A DNA stretch of 61,855 nucleotides, filler included. It is 14 parts of 14 records of this genome, joined end to end, with 100 filler letters (N's around TTAATTAATTAA, not from the genome) between each part and the next. Parts side by side here need not be neighbours in the genome. Positions count along the whole stretch, not along the records: positions 30,272 to 34,622 come from SRR7504441_12021; positions 34,723 to 38,966 come from SRR7504441_12036; positions 39,067 to 43,181 come from SRR7504441_12038; positions 43,282 to 47,990 come from SRR7504441_12040; 10 more parts are not named here. One strand, 5' to 3'. Shown here in pieces: positions 34,614 through 45,738 of the stretch. Within the stretch, counting starts at the first letter, position 1. Every line of letters begins with the position of its first letter. Made by a program: the position numbers and the translations under genes. A model generated the notes under the pieces. The model was not told the origin of the DNA and searched no databases. It saw only the letters and a program-made list of their open reading frames with translations.

Positions 34614-35352
34614 ACGTCCGCANNNNNNNNNNNNNNNNNNNNNNNNNNNNNNNNNNNNNNNNNNNNTTAATTAATTAANNNNNNNNNNNNNNNNNNNNNN
34701 NNNNNNNNNNNNNNNNNNNNNNTTCAAGTGGTCCCTCCCCTCCCCACCACACTGATCTCCAACTCCCTCTCACCGGACTGGACTGGACTACGACAAGGCA
34801 CAATAGACCTTTATATACCATCTACCTTCAAGTCGAGGCACCACAATCGCGGAACCACTGCACGGCGGTCCGCGCCCCGGCGTTTGGGACCGGCTGGAAG
34901 GTCGGCTTGGCCTTCTTATCCGTGGCCTGTCGCTTGGTTGCCCCACCACGAGGCACACTGGGCAGGCGGTGCTTTCCCATCTTAGATTTAACGACTCCGG
35001 TACGATTTGCCAAGGAATTTATTTTTCCCATGAGCGGGTCATGGGCTCTAGACTACGTAGACTAAGAGATTCCTGCGTTACAGAGAGAGTCTTTTTTACT
35101 GAGAAATCAGTCCGTTGGGTTGGCTATACCTTGAGGGCGGGTTACATGATAGATGATAATGCCATTCTAAATGTCATTTAGGAGGGTTCCAGACACTTTT
35201 CAGAGTGTTCCAGACATCCCGACATACTTCCAGACATCCAGACTGGGTTCACTCAGACTTCCAGACAGCCAACTCCTCACCCCTCCACAATCACCGGTCT
35301 TGAACATGACGTCTCCTCTCATATGAAGCTTTGTTGCACTGCGGATCTCGAC

Positions 35353-36453
35353 CTACTCGCCGCCAAAATTCTTGCCCCCACTGTATGTATAATGGATCCG
35401 GACACCGCGAGCACGAGCATCTTTTCTGCCATTGCCCCTGCCGCCTTTGCCTGCCATCATCTTCTCTATGTCCACCGGTTTCCAGACAGGACGCGGGTAC
35501 TTGCTACAGTCGATGTAGCCGCTAGGACACACAGGCCCCATCATGTAGCCGCAACGTGAGCAATAGCCCCTGCATTTGCTGTAGTCTCCATTTCCATTGC
35601 AGTGACTCTGCTGGAGCTTGGACTCTTCCTGCTTGGCCACTCTCTCGGCTTCTTCCAGTGCTTGCGGCTCGTAGTCGAGATAGTGCTTGTACATGCACAT
35701 GATCTGCGCAAACTGCGCCTGGGCTGTAGCCTGCGAGAATATCCCGGGTGCGATGTTACCTGGCACTCCGAACATGTTGCCCTTGTTGTTGACTTCGTCC
35801 CAACACCAGTTGTTCAGTAGGTGTGTAAAAATGCTTGTGCCCAGCTGCTCTTTGATAAAGTCCACCGCTGCCTTCCTGCTGCTAAAGATGTATTTCCAGT
35901 ACTTCTGTGCATCCGCCAGATCGCCCATCACTTCGCCCAGCAGGATTAAGGCTTCGGCGACTTTTTGAGCGAGTTCCTCCTTGATGTCGGTCATGGTCCC
36001 GTACTCACGCTTCTTTATTTCCTCCATTTCCCTTGTCTTCTTACTGAGCACAATACCCTTGGCCACCTCGGACACTTGGTTGGTGTTGTAGATTGTTTTC
36101 TTCAGCGTAGCCGTGGCGTCAATGACGTAATTTGCCACCGCTGCCTTATCAATTGGGCTCAGTTTTGGTGGCGCCAGATTCCTGGCCTTCTTGGCCTTCC
36201 TGAGCTTCCGGAATTTGGCCACTCTATAGGGTTTGAAAACGGTCTTTAACCTGTGAACTTGTGCGAGTTCAACCCCTTTCGTCTGCTCGGTGCCTCCAGG
36301 GACCAATGCGTCGGCCTCGATGAATTCGGCCTCGAGCGGGGTGGAGGTTGTAGGCTCCTCGGGGACGACTAGGTCAGTATTGAGGAAAGCCTTCTCGGAA
36401 GTCACAAGCGCCGCGATCGCGAGGAGCACGGTGGTAAGCAGCAGCCTCGACAT
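35353..36453 (-). CDS. Secreted protein of unknown function with a Cys-rich C-terminal segment; intronless
   Basis: Signal peptide MSRLLLTTVLLAIAALVTS; acidic 'DLVVPE/DALVP' pro-region; long open frame. Confidence 0.7.
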   Translation of the reverse strand: MSRLLLTTVLLAIAALVTSEKAFLNTDLVVPEEPTTSTPLEAEFIEADALVPGGTEQTKGVELAQVHRLKTVFKPYRVAKFRKLRKAKKARNLAPPKLSPIDKAAVANYVIDATATLKKTIYNTNQVSEVAKGIVLSKKTREMEEIKKREYGTMTDIKEELAQKVAEALILLGEVMGDLADAQKYWKYIFSSRKAAVDFIKEQLGTSIFTHLLNNWCWDEVNNKGNMFGVPGNIAPGIFSQATAQAQFAQIMCMYKHYLDYEPQALEEAERVAKQEESKLQQSHCNGNGDYSKCRGYCSRCGYMMGPVCPSGYIDCSKYPRPVWKPVDIEKMMAGKGGRGNGRKDARARGVRIHYTYSGGKNFGGE

Positions 36454-36637
36454 GTTTGCCAATGAGCTGAGCCCGGGCGGCCGAACGTGAGTGTGTCAGT
36501 TGCAGACTCTCTAGTCTATTTTCTTAGTAATACGGTATTACAAGTACCGGTACTTGTAAAAAATAATATATTCAAGAAACTATCAAACTAGAGAGTAGGG
36601 TACCACCAAAAGCGACGACGACGACAGACACCTAAGC

Positions 36638-36739
36638 CTACGCAAAGAACCCGCGCTTCTTCTTCTTCTTCTTCCACTTTGACTTGGTAGACTGTCCACC
36701 AAACCGGGACTTGATGACCTCAGCAAACCTACTCAGCAT
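36638..36739 (-). CDS. Candidate 33-aa lysine-rich microprotein
   Basis: MLSRFAEVIKSRFGGQSTKSKWKKKKKKRGFFA*, divergent from the prenyl synthase and followed by an AT-rich 3' region. Confidence 0.3.
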   Translation of the reverse strand: MLSRFAEVIKSRFGGQSTKSKWKKKKKKRGFFA

Positions 36740-36911
36740 GCGACGACAACGAAACTTGTCTACCACCAGGAACCACTTGACCCTCCTCAGTGAGAATTGC
36801 TATAAAACTTCGGCGACCGTTGGTGATTGGTCGGAAAGGCGTAAGGTAAGGGCGTCAGCTCAGTTCAGCTCAGATCACAGAAAGCGAGGAAAGCAGGTCG
36901 TGTGGATCCGG

Positions 36912-38307
36912 ATGGCACGGCCCGCGCTCGTGCAGCGCCTCGGCTGCCTCCGGCGCGCGTTCTCTTCACGGCATCAGCTGCATCGCGGGCTGGGCGGGGT
37001 GACCGGCACAGAGGGCTTACCGACCCCGGCCCGCCCGGCACCCCGGGCGAATGCCACCTATGCCGCCAGCCTGCACGCGGCGCTCACAAACCCGCCGACC
37101 GAGCTGGGCGTGTCGCCTTTCGACCTGATCAAGAAGGTGGGGCGAGTCGGGGCGGGCTGAGCGGGGCGCAGGACCTCAAGCTGCTCACCGGCAGCCTAAA
37201 GCAGCTAGTGCAGTCCGACCACCCGGTGCTCACCACAGTGGCAGAGTACCTGCGCTGCGGCTCCGAGGCAATCCACCCGCCCGGCCACCCGGCCGAGCGG
37301 CCCGGGCAGGGCAAACGGATCCGCCCGTCCCTCGTCCTGCTGATGGCCCGCGCCTGCTCCAACGGCGCCGAGCCGAACGCCAAGCAGCAGCGGCTCGCCG
37401 AGATTACCGAGGCAGCCTCCGGGCCCCGGCTGGCCGCCGAGCGGGTTGGCAGATGATCCACACGGCCAGTCTGCTGCACGACGACGTAGTCGACCTGTCC
37501 AACTCCCGCCGCGGCCGCCCGACCGCTCACGTGAACTTTGGTGCGACGCCGTGCGTGGTGGCCAGTTCACCATGGGCACAGGCAACAAGGTGGCAGTGCT
37601 AGGGGGGGATTTCCTGCTGGCGCGGGCTTTGATCCAGCTGGCGCGGCTGCACGATGTCGAGGTGGCGCGGGCCGGTGGCGCGGCTGACCCAGTGCAGGTG
37701 ATTGAGATGCTGTCGACTGTGATCGAACATCTGGTCAAAGGGGAGATAATGCAGATGCGCGACTCATGGGAGTGCATATCGAGCATGGAGCACTACATGC
37801 ACAAGACCTTCATGAAGACCGGCTCGCTGGTAGCCCACAGCTGCAAGGCAAGTGCTCTGCTCGGGCTGCACAGCCCAGAGACTGCTGAGATCGCATACGA
37901 GTATGGCCGGCACGTGGGCATGGCCTTTCAGCTGGTGGACGACGTGCTCGACTGCGAGGGCGACAACAACAAGCTGGGCAAGTCCGCCCAGGCCGATCTG
38001 GAGCACGGCGTGGTGACTGCCCCTCTGCTGTACGCCCTCGAAGAAAACAGTGCACTCGGGCCGCTCATGCGCCGCCGGTTCTCTCACGAGGGCGACGTGG
38101 CCCAGGTGACTGCGCTGTCGGGCGGGGCTCAGTGCTTGGGGGCAGGCGTACGATTGGATTGCTCGGAGCGGTGCGGCCGAACGAACTCGTGCCAAGGCGG
38201 AAGAACATTGTCATCAAGCGATCGAGTGGATATCTAGCTTGGAGCCTACTCCAGCTGTCGAGTCGCTGGCCTCGATAACGTATAAGATTCTGCGCCGCGA
38301 AAAGTAG
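36912..38307 (+). CDS. Mitochondrial long-chain trans-polyprenyl diphosphate synthase (Coq1/PDSS1-like), 6 introns
   Basis: GKRIRP, EITE|MIHTASLLHDDVVD...RRG, GNKVAVLGGDFLLARA, GEIMQ, KTGSL, GMAFQLVDDVLD, GK....DL..G..TAP. Confidence 0.92.
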
Positions 38308-39066
38308 TCGGCAATTGATAGTAGCGGTGTCAGTTGATTCTCGAGCACGACCGGCTTATTCGGAACCTCCAAGGACCTTCGGATGGCCGGGTTGGCGTGC
38401 TGCTTCAGCAGCTAGGCAAAGCGTTGCCCGAAGGCGATCATGGCTCCCAGTACAGTGAGTACACTCTGTTTGAGGGATCGCCCCATCGCCGATCCTGGCT
38501 GTGAGGTCCGCGAGACAGCCTCGGCCTCCCTGTCGCCGCCTGGAGGCCTCTGTCACTGCTGCCAGTTCGGAATTGATCCGTTGAGCTGAGTAAAAATCCG
38601 TTGGGAGACGAGCTTGCTCACATTGGCCGATTAGCCTACCTCGACCCGCGCGAAGCACCATGCTCAAAGCAGTCGCTGCGGTAGTTGCTTCCTTCTTGGT
38701 TGCTGCTGTGGTGGTGGTCGCATTATAATTATCTATTATCCTGACGGCCTGTGAGGGTCAGTAAGCACAACTCGCGATAATATCTATTTACTGTTCCTCA
38801 CTGCGCTCTCGGCGGGCCTGTGGGGCTTTCGAGCCATAACCCTCGGTGCTAGTCACTCACACCGTTAGCGCCCCTCGCGCTTAAAGGGCAGAGGGTACGT
38901 ATTAGGTTTTAATTCCTAATCAATGAGTTGATCGTTTACTGTTCCTCGTGTTCATACTATCCTAAGNNNNNNNNNNNNNNNNNNNNNNNNNNNNNNNNNN
39001 NNNNNNNNNNTTAATTAATTAANNNNNNNNNNNNNNNNNNNNNNNNNNNNNNNNNNNNNNNNNNNN

Positions 39067-41700
39067 GCTGCTGCTGCTGCTGCTGCTGCTGCTACTACTA
39101 CTACTATACTATGGTATACTATACCTGCCCCAGGGCTCAGGTACGACGAAGGCCATGCTGACAACAGACACAGCAAACACCAAGGAGGCCACCATCAACG
39201 GAATTAGGCTATTCCAGTTGACTTGTGTTCGTGATCGCACAAAGCTCTGCAGGTTTTCCTGGTCGATCGATTCGTCGATCAGACCAGCAAGCCTGTCATA
39301 GCATCGCATATACCAGGTTAGATAAGCTAGCAACGAGCCCGAGATCACTGCGGCCGCCAATGGAACCGAGAAGAACTTGCTGCAACGGCTGTCCCGCAGA
39401 GGCGACGTCCTCTTGATACTAAGCCAGACCAAAGGCAGCTGTGCGGCGCAGGTGACGCCCAGTATGATATAAGTCTCTATTCCAGCTTGGTAACACATTT
39501 GGCACATGTCGGCATCAAGGCCCTTGTTGCACAGATGGCTGATCTGCTGCCACTCGCCGGTGCCCTCGTGCCCGACATCGACACATGCACCGTACGAGTT
39601 CACGCACTGCTGGTATTGTCCGGTCGGGAGGCCCCGGGTGGTCTGGGCGAAGCTGTCTGCAAAACGCAGTAGAATGGTCAGCATACATTGTACTATACTG
39701 TGTACTACTATACTACTATGCCGTGTAGCTATATACTATCGAGCACCTGCGGAGACGCAGTAGAACGCGAAGACAAGCCCACCGATAGTTAGATCGTACG
39801 GCACTGTCACTGCCAGCTCTTCAGTCCCGGTGCTCAGCACTCCGCCGGTGAGGCTTTCACACCTTGTAACCCCGCAGTTAGCACTACTGTGTACTACTAT
39901 ACTGGATACTACTGTATACTACTATACACGCTCTCACACATTATCAACCTGCAGTTAGCATACATTGTACTGTATACTATTATACACACCTTAGCCCGGT
40001 GTACGAGAACACCCCCCCGGCGTTGACCCCGGCGTTGACGCTCATCCCGTTGATACCGGTAACCGAACTGCTCTGCACCACCACCGCTGCAGTCCTACGC
40101 TCGGCCGTGCCGTTCCGCAAGCTGACAAGACCTTGAGCCGACCGGCGGGCAGCGGTGCAGATCTCTGCGGGGCACCACGCGGCACCCCCCCCAGTTGGGA
40201 TGGAGGGGTCGATCGCACAGGCGTAGTTGGTGTCGTCGCAAAGGTTGGTGCAGTCAGGGTTGTTGGCCCGGTACTGTGAGGGTTCCCTGCACCTTGATAC
40301 AGAGCTTAGTATATGGTATACCGTATGCATATAGTGTTACACTATATATAGGATTTAGCTTAGCATGGCAGCTGGTCGTAGCACCATTCAGTGTTGGTGT
40401 TGATCGCGCATTCCATGTGAGGATCAAACGACCTGCACAGGCCGCTCAGCCACAGACGACGCCGGCCTGGCCGCTCTCAGCCACAATCACCTGCAGGTTT
40501 CAACTTCGGTCGACTGGTCCGTAATCGACGCCGCGGTGAAACTCACATCGTTCTGAAGATCCGACACGAACTGATCCGTTACAATGTAAGCAGCCACGCT
40601 CTCCAGTGCGGAGGCCGCCTTCACGTCGCTCCGAGTGGTCAACGTAAAAGTCACAACCCCCGATGCCGTTGAGCTCGTGATGGTGACGTCCTTGGCCGTA
40701 CATACACTGACCCCAGTCCAACCGCACACGCTGCCCGGAATAATAATGACAACAACGATTAAATAATAAAAATAATAAGCACCTGCCAGCCTTCGCCGCA
40801 ACCACTGCCTTGAACTTCGCCTGGGCGGCTTCGTTGAAGGCACCGGCGGTCATGCCAGCTAATACCATTATAATCCGTGCGGCAACGGCTTCCGTGTCGG
40901 AAAAGTAGACCTGGGCGGTCGGAAGGAACGTCTGAGCTGTTCGTCTGGTGTCGAGATTTGTCTCGACAGCCGCGTTGCAGCTGAGTTTCAGGCTCATGCT
41001 GTACGGCATGCCCTGGACGGAGAAAGCAACGGCAAAGCAGCTGTTGTCGCTGAAGACTCCGCCCCACAGGTCGGCGCTGGCATCGAGCCCGGCGCACTCA
41101 GCCGTGCTGGAGTATTCCTGGAGCGCGAGCGTGCGCGTATGACAGTTCACCTAGACACACACAGCTCAGTACATGTAAACAGTGCATGCATTGTATGCAG
41201 TGTATTAGCTTAGTATGTAGTATATTAGCTTAGTACCTTGACACAAAGCTTGATGGAGGCCGGCCTGAACGCCAGCACCTGGCTGACCGCCCCATACTGC
41301 CACGCCAGCTCTGAGTAACTCTGGGTGGCCACGCTGCAGGTCGTGTCGTACTCATACAGAATCAACCCAGCTGTCTGTAGGTATGCAACGTTCTTTGTGA
41401 TCATGTCCCCGAGGTACGCGTAAGTAAGCACCCCTAGATCAAACGCCTTACTGTCCCAGTCCACTACAAACCCCGAGCCCGGCCCAGCCATGCTCGTCGC
41501 TCTAAGCTCCATCCCACCGGAGGCCCAGGGCAACGCCGAGATGAACCCAAAGTCCGTTGAGGCTCCATACACCAACGCCAGCCCGCACGCTAATAAACTA
41601 ACCACAGCCAGCACCCCAACCAGCAGCCGGAATCGCACTCGAAGCCAGTCGAACCTCCGGCTGCCCAGCTTGGCGATCCCCCCACACAGGTCATTCCCGG
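39067..41700 (-). CDS. Multi-pass membrane protein with Cys-rich extracellular region, about 8 introns, runs off the contig
   Basis: ORF pieces 41225, 40500, 39980 and 39109 are joinable in frame through GT-AG introns, with several TM helices. It is in frame with the upstream LCAT-like ORF, so the gene boundary is unclear. Confidence 0.55.
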
Positions 41701-43181
41701 CACAGAGAGAGCTGCCCCAGCGCTTCTGGGCGGCGGCTGCAGCACCGTCGATCCCCTGCGCGGCTACCTGGTGCTCCTGCGGGCTACAGAGGCCCAGAAT
41801 GCCCCTGAGCAGCTGCAGCATACGAGGGTCGGATGAGACGCTGCGGTGGTCGCAATTTGGGAGCTCGTGCACTTGCACGCGGCAGTCAGTCGAAGCCCAG
41901 GTGGCTGCGTGCCGCAGGCTCCGGTACGAGACGGTGCCGTCGCCGCTTGCAAACACCTGCGCCGAGTCGTCAGGTCGGGTCTGCGGTATCTGCGCGGTCT
42001 CGTAGCCCACTCCGTCCACGCACACCAAACCGTCAAAATCGCCCGAGCTGTCAAGCTCAAAACAAGACCGCAGCGCATGCTCATCCACAGGCCCCCCTGT
42101 GCACAGTGCCGCGGGGTGTTGAATAAACAGCGTCCTCGGTGTCGGCATATTGATCCCATAAATAGCAGTCACTCGTCCCACGGGCGGCGGGCACCGATGG
42201 CAGTCCGCCAACCCCCCGGCCCCGTCCGGCACCTGCCAGATCTCCGGGCGCTGCTCGAACATTCCCTCAAACTCCCGGAGCGCAAACGGACTTGCCGGGC
42301 TCCAGGCGTGGTTGCCCATGGTACACGAGTTGTATTGCGCCGGCTGGCCGCCGGTGTGCTGGGCCAACGCGTGCTCCGACGGGCTGAACCATGTCCCGGG
42401 CTCGCACACCTTGCGCCCGCAGTTAGCATACACTGTGTGCTAACACTACCCTAGCCCGCAGTTAGCTAGTACAGTATAGCATATAGTGTATATATATGTA
42501 CTACTACACTATGCTATACTATTGTACTAGCGTCAGGCTCGCACCGTCAGGCTGAAGCGGAGGTCGATCCGGGCGGCTTGGACTTTGCCCGAAGCATTGG
42601 ATGAGCTGTACGAGTCGTCCTGCGAGGTGTGGATGATCAGGTCGGTGCACACGATACTACTACACTAGTCTATAGCATTGCTCTACTATACCTGCGAGGT
42701 GTGGATGATCTGGTCGAGCCGCCGCCGCAGTGCCGCCCGGCGAGTGAAGGCGAGCGGCACCTCAATCTGCCCGGCGCAGTGCCCCGACTCGGCCCACTCG
42801 GCACTCGGGATTGTGTGGCTCCCAGATGCTTCCACATATCCGTCATGTAACAGCGAGATCTTGAGGCTGATGCAGTCGGCATCGGGAGCCAACGAGTAGC
42901 TGATACACTCAGCAAACGGACTGTTGCTGTGGAAGTCGAGCGATTGAAGGCAGGCCACCCTTGTGTCGTTGACCTTGACCCGCAGACCGAGCTCAGCGGC
43001 GGGCTCGTTGACATTGAGATCGTGCAACCGTCCGATGAAGACTCTACAGGAGATCGCCTCTCGCAGATACACAAACGGCAAATCTAACCCGTCGTGCCAA
43101 TCCCCAACGGGCAGTAAATACTGGCCGACTGGCACGCTCCGGAGGATGGTGAGCATCTCGGCCTGTGAGAAGAGCATGTCT
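41701..43181 (-). CDS. LCAT/PDAT-like acyltransferase, C-terminal part (5' partial), 2 introns
   Basis: PPPVGRVTAIYGINMPT, SGDGTVSYRSL, ELPNCDHRSV (catalytic Asp/His region). Confidence 0.75.
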
Positions 43182-43281
43182 NNNNNNNNNNNNNNNNNNN
43201 NNNNNNNNNNNNNNNNNNNNNNNNNTTAATTAATTAANNNNNNNNNNNNNNNNNNNNNNNNNNNNNNNNNNNNNNNNNNNN

Positions 43282-45738
43282 GGGTTTGAGCTGATCTTTG
43301 CAGCCACCCAGCAGCACAGGGCCAACGTGGAAATCCTCAAGACCGCGCTCGAGGTGCTCTCGCTGCTCCGGACCGCCACTCCCCAGCAGCCGCAGCAGCC
43401 AGAGCCGGAGATGCTGCTCGGGCCTGCAGCGGCAGAGCGGCTCGAGGCGCACGAGCTCTCCTCCTCGAGCGACGACGAGGAGGATGAGGAGGAGGAAGAG
43501 CCACAGCCCGAGCCGGAGGAGCTGGCCGGGCAGCGCGGGGAGGCAGCTCCAAGGCCAGTGCAGGGCGCGCCGCTCGAGCCCGGCCCGCCCACTGCCCAGG
43601 AGCCACAGCGGCCACCCACCGCAGCAAGAAGTTCGACGCCGTCGTCAAGCGAGACGACAGCACGGTTTGCGGAAGCGCCGGACGATTTGCTCGGATGGAT
43701 CCCAGGTCCAGAGGGGGCGGAGCCGGAGCCGTTCTTTGCGACGGATAAGACGCTGGTGCCGGATATGATCTTGCATGACCTTGAACGGCTGGCGGCGAGC
43801 GACCGCGGGGTGGTGGTGTACGACTGCGCGAACAAGCAGGCCGAACAGCCAGCGAGCGGGATGCTCCAGTTCGAGTCCAAATTTGAGTCGGGCAACCTGC
43901 GGCGGGCAGTGTGGGTGGGGGAGCACGAGTATGATCTGATGCTCGAGGTGGACGTGAACACCAAGGGCAACACCCAGTGGTACTACTTCTCAGTGCTCGG
44001 GATGGAGCCTGGCGTCATGTACCGGATCAACATGATCAACTTGCTCAAGCCAGACTCGCAGTACAACTATGGGATGCGCCCGCTGCTGTACTCGGAGGCG
44101 GCCGGCACTGGATGGCAGCGGGCAGGTGAGGACATCTGCTATTACCCCAACCACCACGGCAACCTGCACGGCAAGAAGAAAGTGGAGCAGTTTTACACAT
44201 TAACCTTCAGGATTGAGTTCCCACGTGCCAATGACCGTTGCCACCTGGCCTACTGCTATCCTTACACTTTCACCCGGCTGCAGCGGCACCTGACCAGGAT
44301 CGACACCTGCTGCCACCTGCGCCGGCGGACGCTCTGCCAGACACTGGGCGGATACTCGTGTGACATTCTGACCATAACAGACTTTGGTTGCTCCCAGGAG
44401 CAGATGAGGGACCGGCCTGGGGTAGTGCTCACTGCGCGGGTGCACCCCGGAGAGAGCAACGCCTCGTGGATAATGCAGGGTATCGTCGACTTTCTGTGCT
44501 CAGACAACCCGACTGCGGCCTTGCTCCGAAACAACTTTGTTTTTAAAATTGTGCCGATGCTCAAGTAAGTCGTGCGCACTCGGGTAGTGACTGACTGGTG
44601 GTGGTGCAGCCCAGACGGTGTGGCTCATGGCAACTACCGGTGAGCGGCTGCTGGCTCTGGGCTTGCTCAGTGGGGGGGCAGCTGCTCGCTGGCTGGAGTG
44701 GACCTGAACCGGCGTTGGGCCAAGCCGTCCAGGAAGCTCAACCCAGAGATCTACTACACCAAGCAGATGATCCAGAAGCTCCAGCAGACCCGCGAGGTGT
44801 TCGCGTTTGTCGACATTCACGGGCACTCGCGCAAGAAGAATGCATTCATGTATGGGGTGGAATCGCGGCACCAGCGATTTCATGAATGCATCCTGCCTCG
44901 GCTGCTTGCCCAGAACGCGAGCATATTCTCTTATGACGATTGCTCCTTCGTTGTGCCGAAGTCCAAGGAGACCACCGCACGTGTAGTAGTGGCCCGCGAG
45001 CTGGGAGTGCCTAAGTCTTACACACTCGAAGCCTCCTTCTGCGGCGCCAGCTTTGGGCGGTGGGTCGGTCGGACTGGCTCTGGCGAGCGTGTTTGGGCAG
45101 GTATAAGGACTCGCACTTCACCCCGCGGCACTTTGAGCAGCTCGGGCACGCGTTCTGCCACACGTTGCGCGACCTGCTCGACCCGGACAAGCCGGCCAGC
45201 ACGCTCAGCCAGCTGCAGGAGATCCACCGGCGCGAGACAGGTCAAGATGACGACGACGACGACTCGGATTGGGAGCCTGAATCAGGCGCCGAGCCCAAGA
45301 AGAGTAGAACAAAGAAGAAGAGCAAGGACAAGGACAAGAAGAGCGAGAGGCGTGAGCTGTCGGGCCGCAAGGTCTCCAGCCGGCTTGCTGCTTGGACTGA
45401 CTTGCACGCAGGCCACTAGCCGAAAGATCAAGTCCAAGCAAAAGAATAATGATGAGAACTCGAGCGTCGTGTCTGCGCTCACTAGTCGTACGCGCCGGCA
45501 TCAGCCGTCAGGGCTGAAGCGGCAAGTGAGTGCTCCGCCATCTGTGCTCCGGTCCGGGGAAAGTAAGGAGCTTGAGGAGACATGGCCTCGTAGAAGGAGC
45601 AGCGCAATCGAAGTGTCTACAAGTTTAACTGGTAGGAGACGAAGTGTCGAGATGGCACCACGCGTCAAGTCGAAGACAAACGGGTCAAGTAGAGCGCGGG
45701 CAGGCAATAGTACTGTGCGGGCCCCGCATATCAAATAA
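43282..45738 (+). CDS. Cytosolic carboxypeptidase (M14D, CCP1/Nna1-like tubulin deglutamylase), 5' partial, 4 introns
   Basis: FESKFESGNL, NTQWYYF, AYCYPYT, ARVHPGESNASW, VPMLNPDGV..GNYRC..GVDLNR, DIHGHSRK, SYTLEASFCG. Confidence 0.92.

Noticed and set aside
34828-35031. Small basic ORF as ribosomal protein eS30
   Set aside because: Only the first ~17 residues vaguely resemble eS30; the conserved TPKV and RRF elements are absent.
35186-35270. Repeated TTCCAGACA units as a CRISPR-like array
   Set aside because: The units are too short and irregular, there are no cas genes, and the context is eukaryotic; it fits local duplication.
39067-39124. (GCT)n(ACT)n tract as tandem stop codons ending the membrane-protein gene
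   Set aside because: More simply the start of another TAGTA-family intron (CAG|GTATAGTA) running off the contig.
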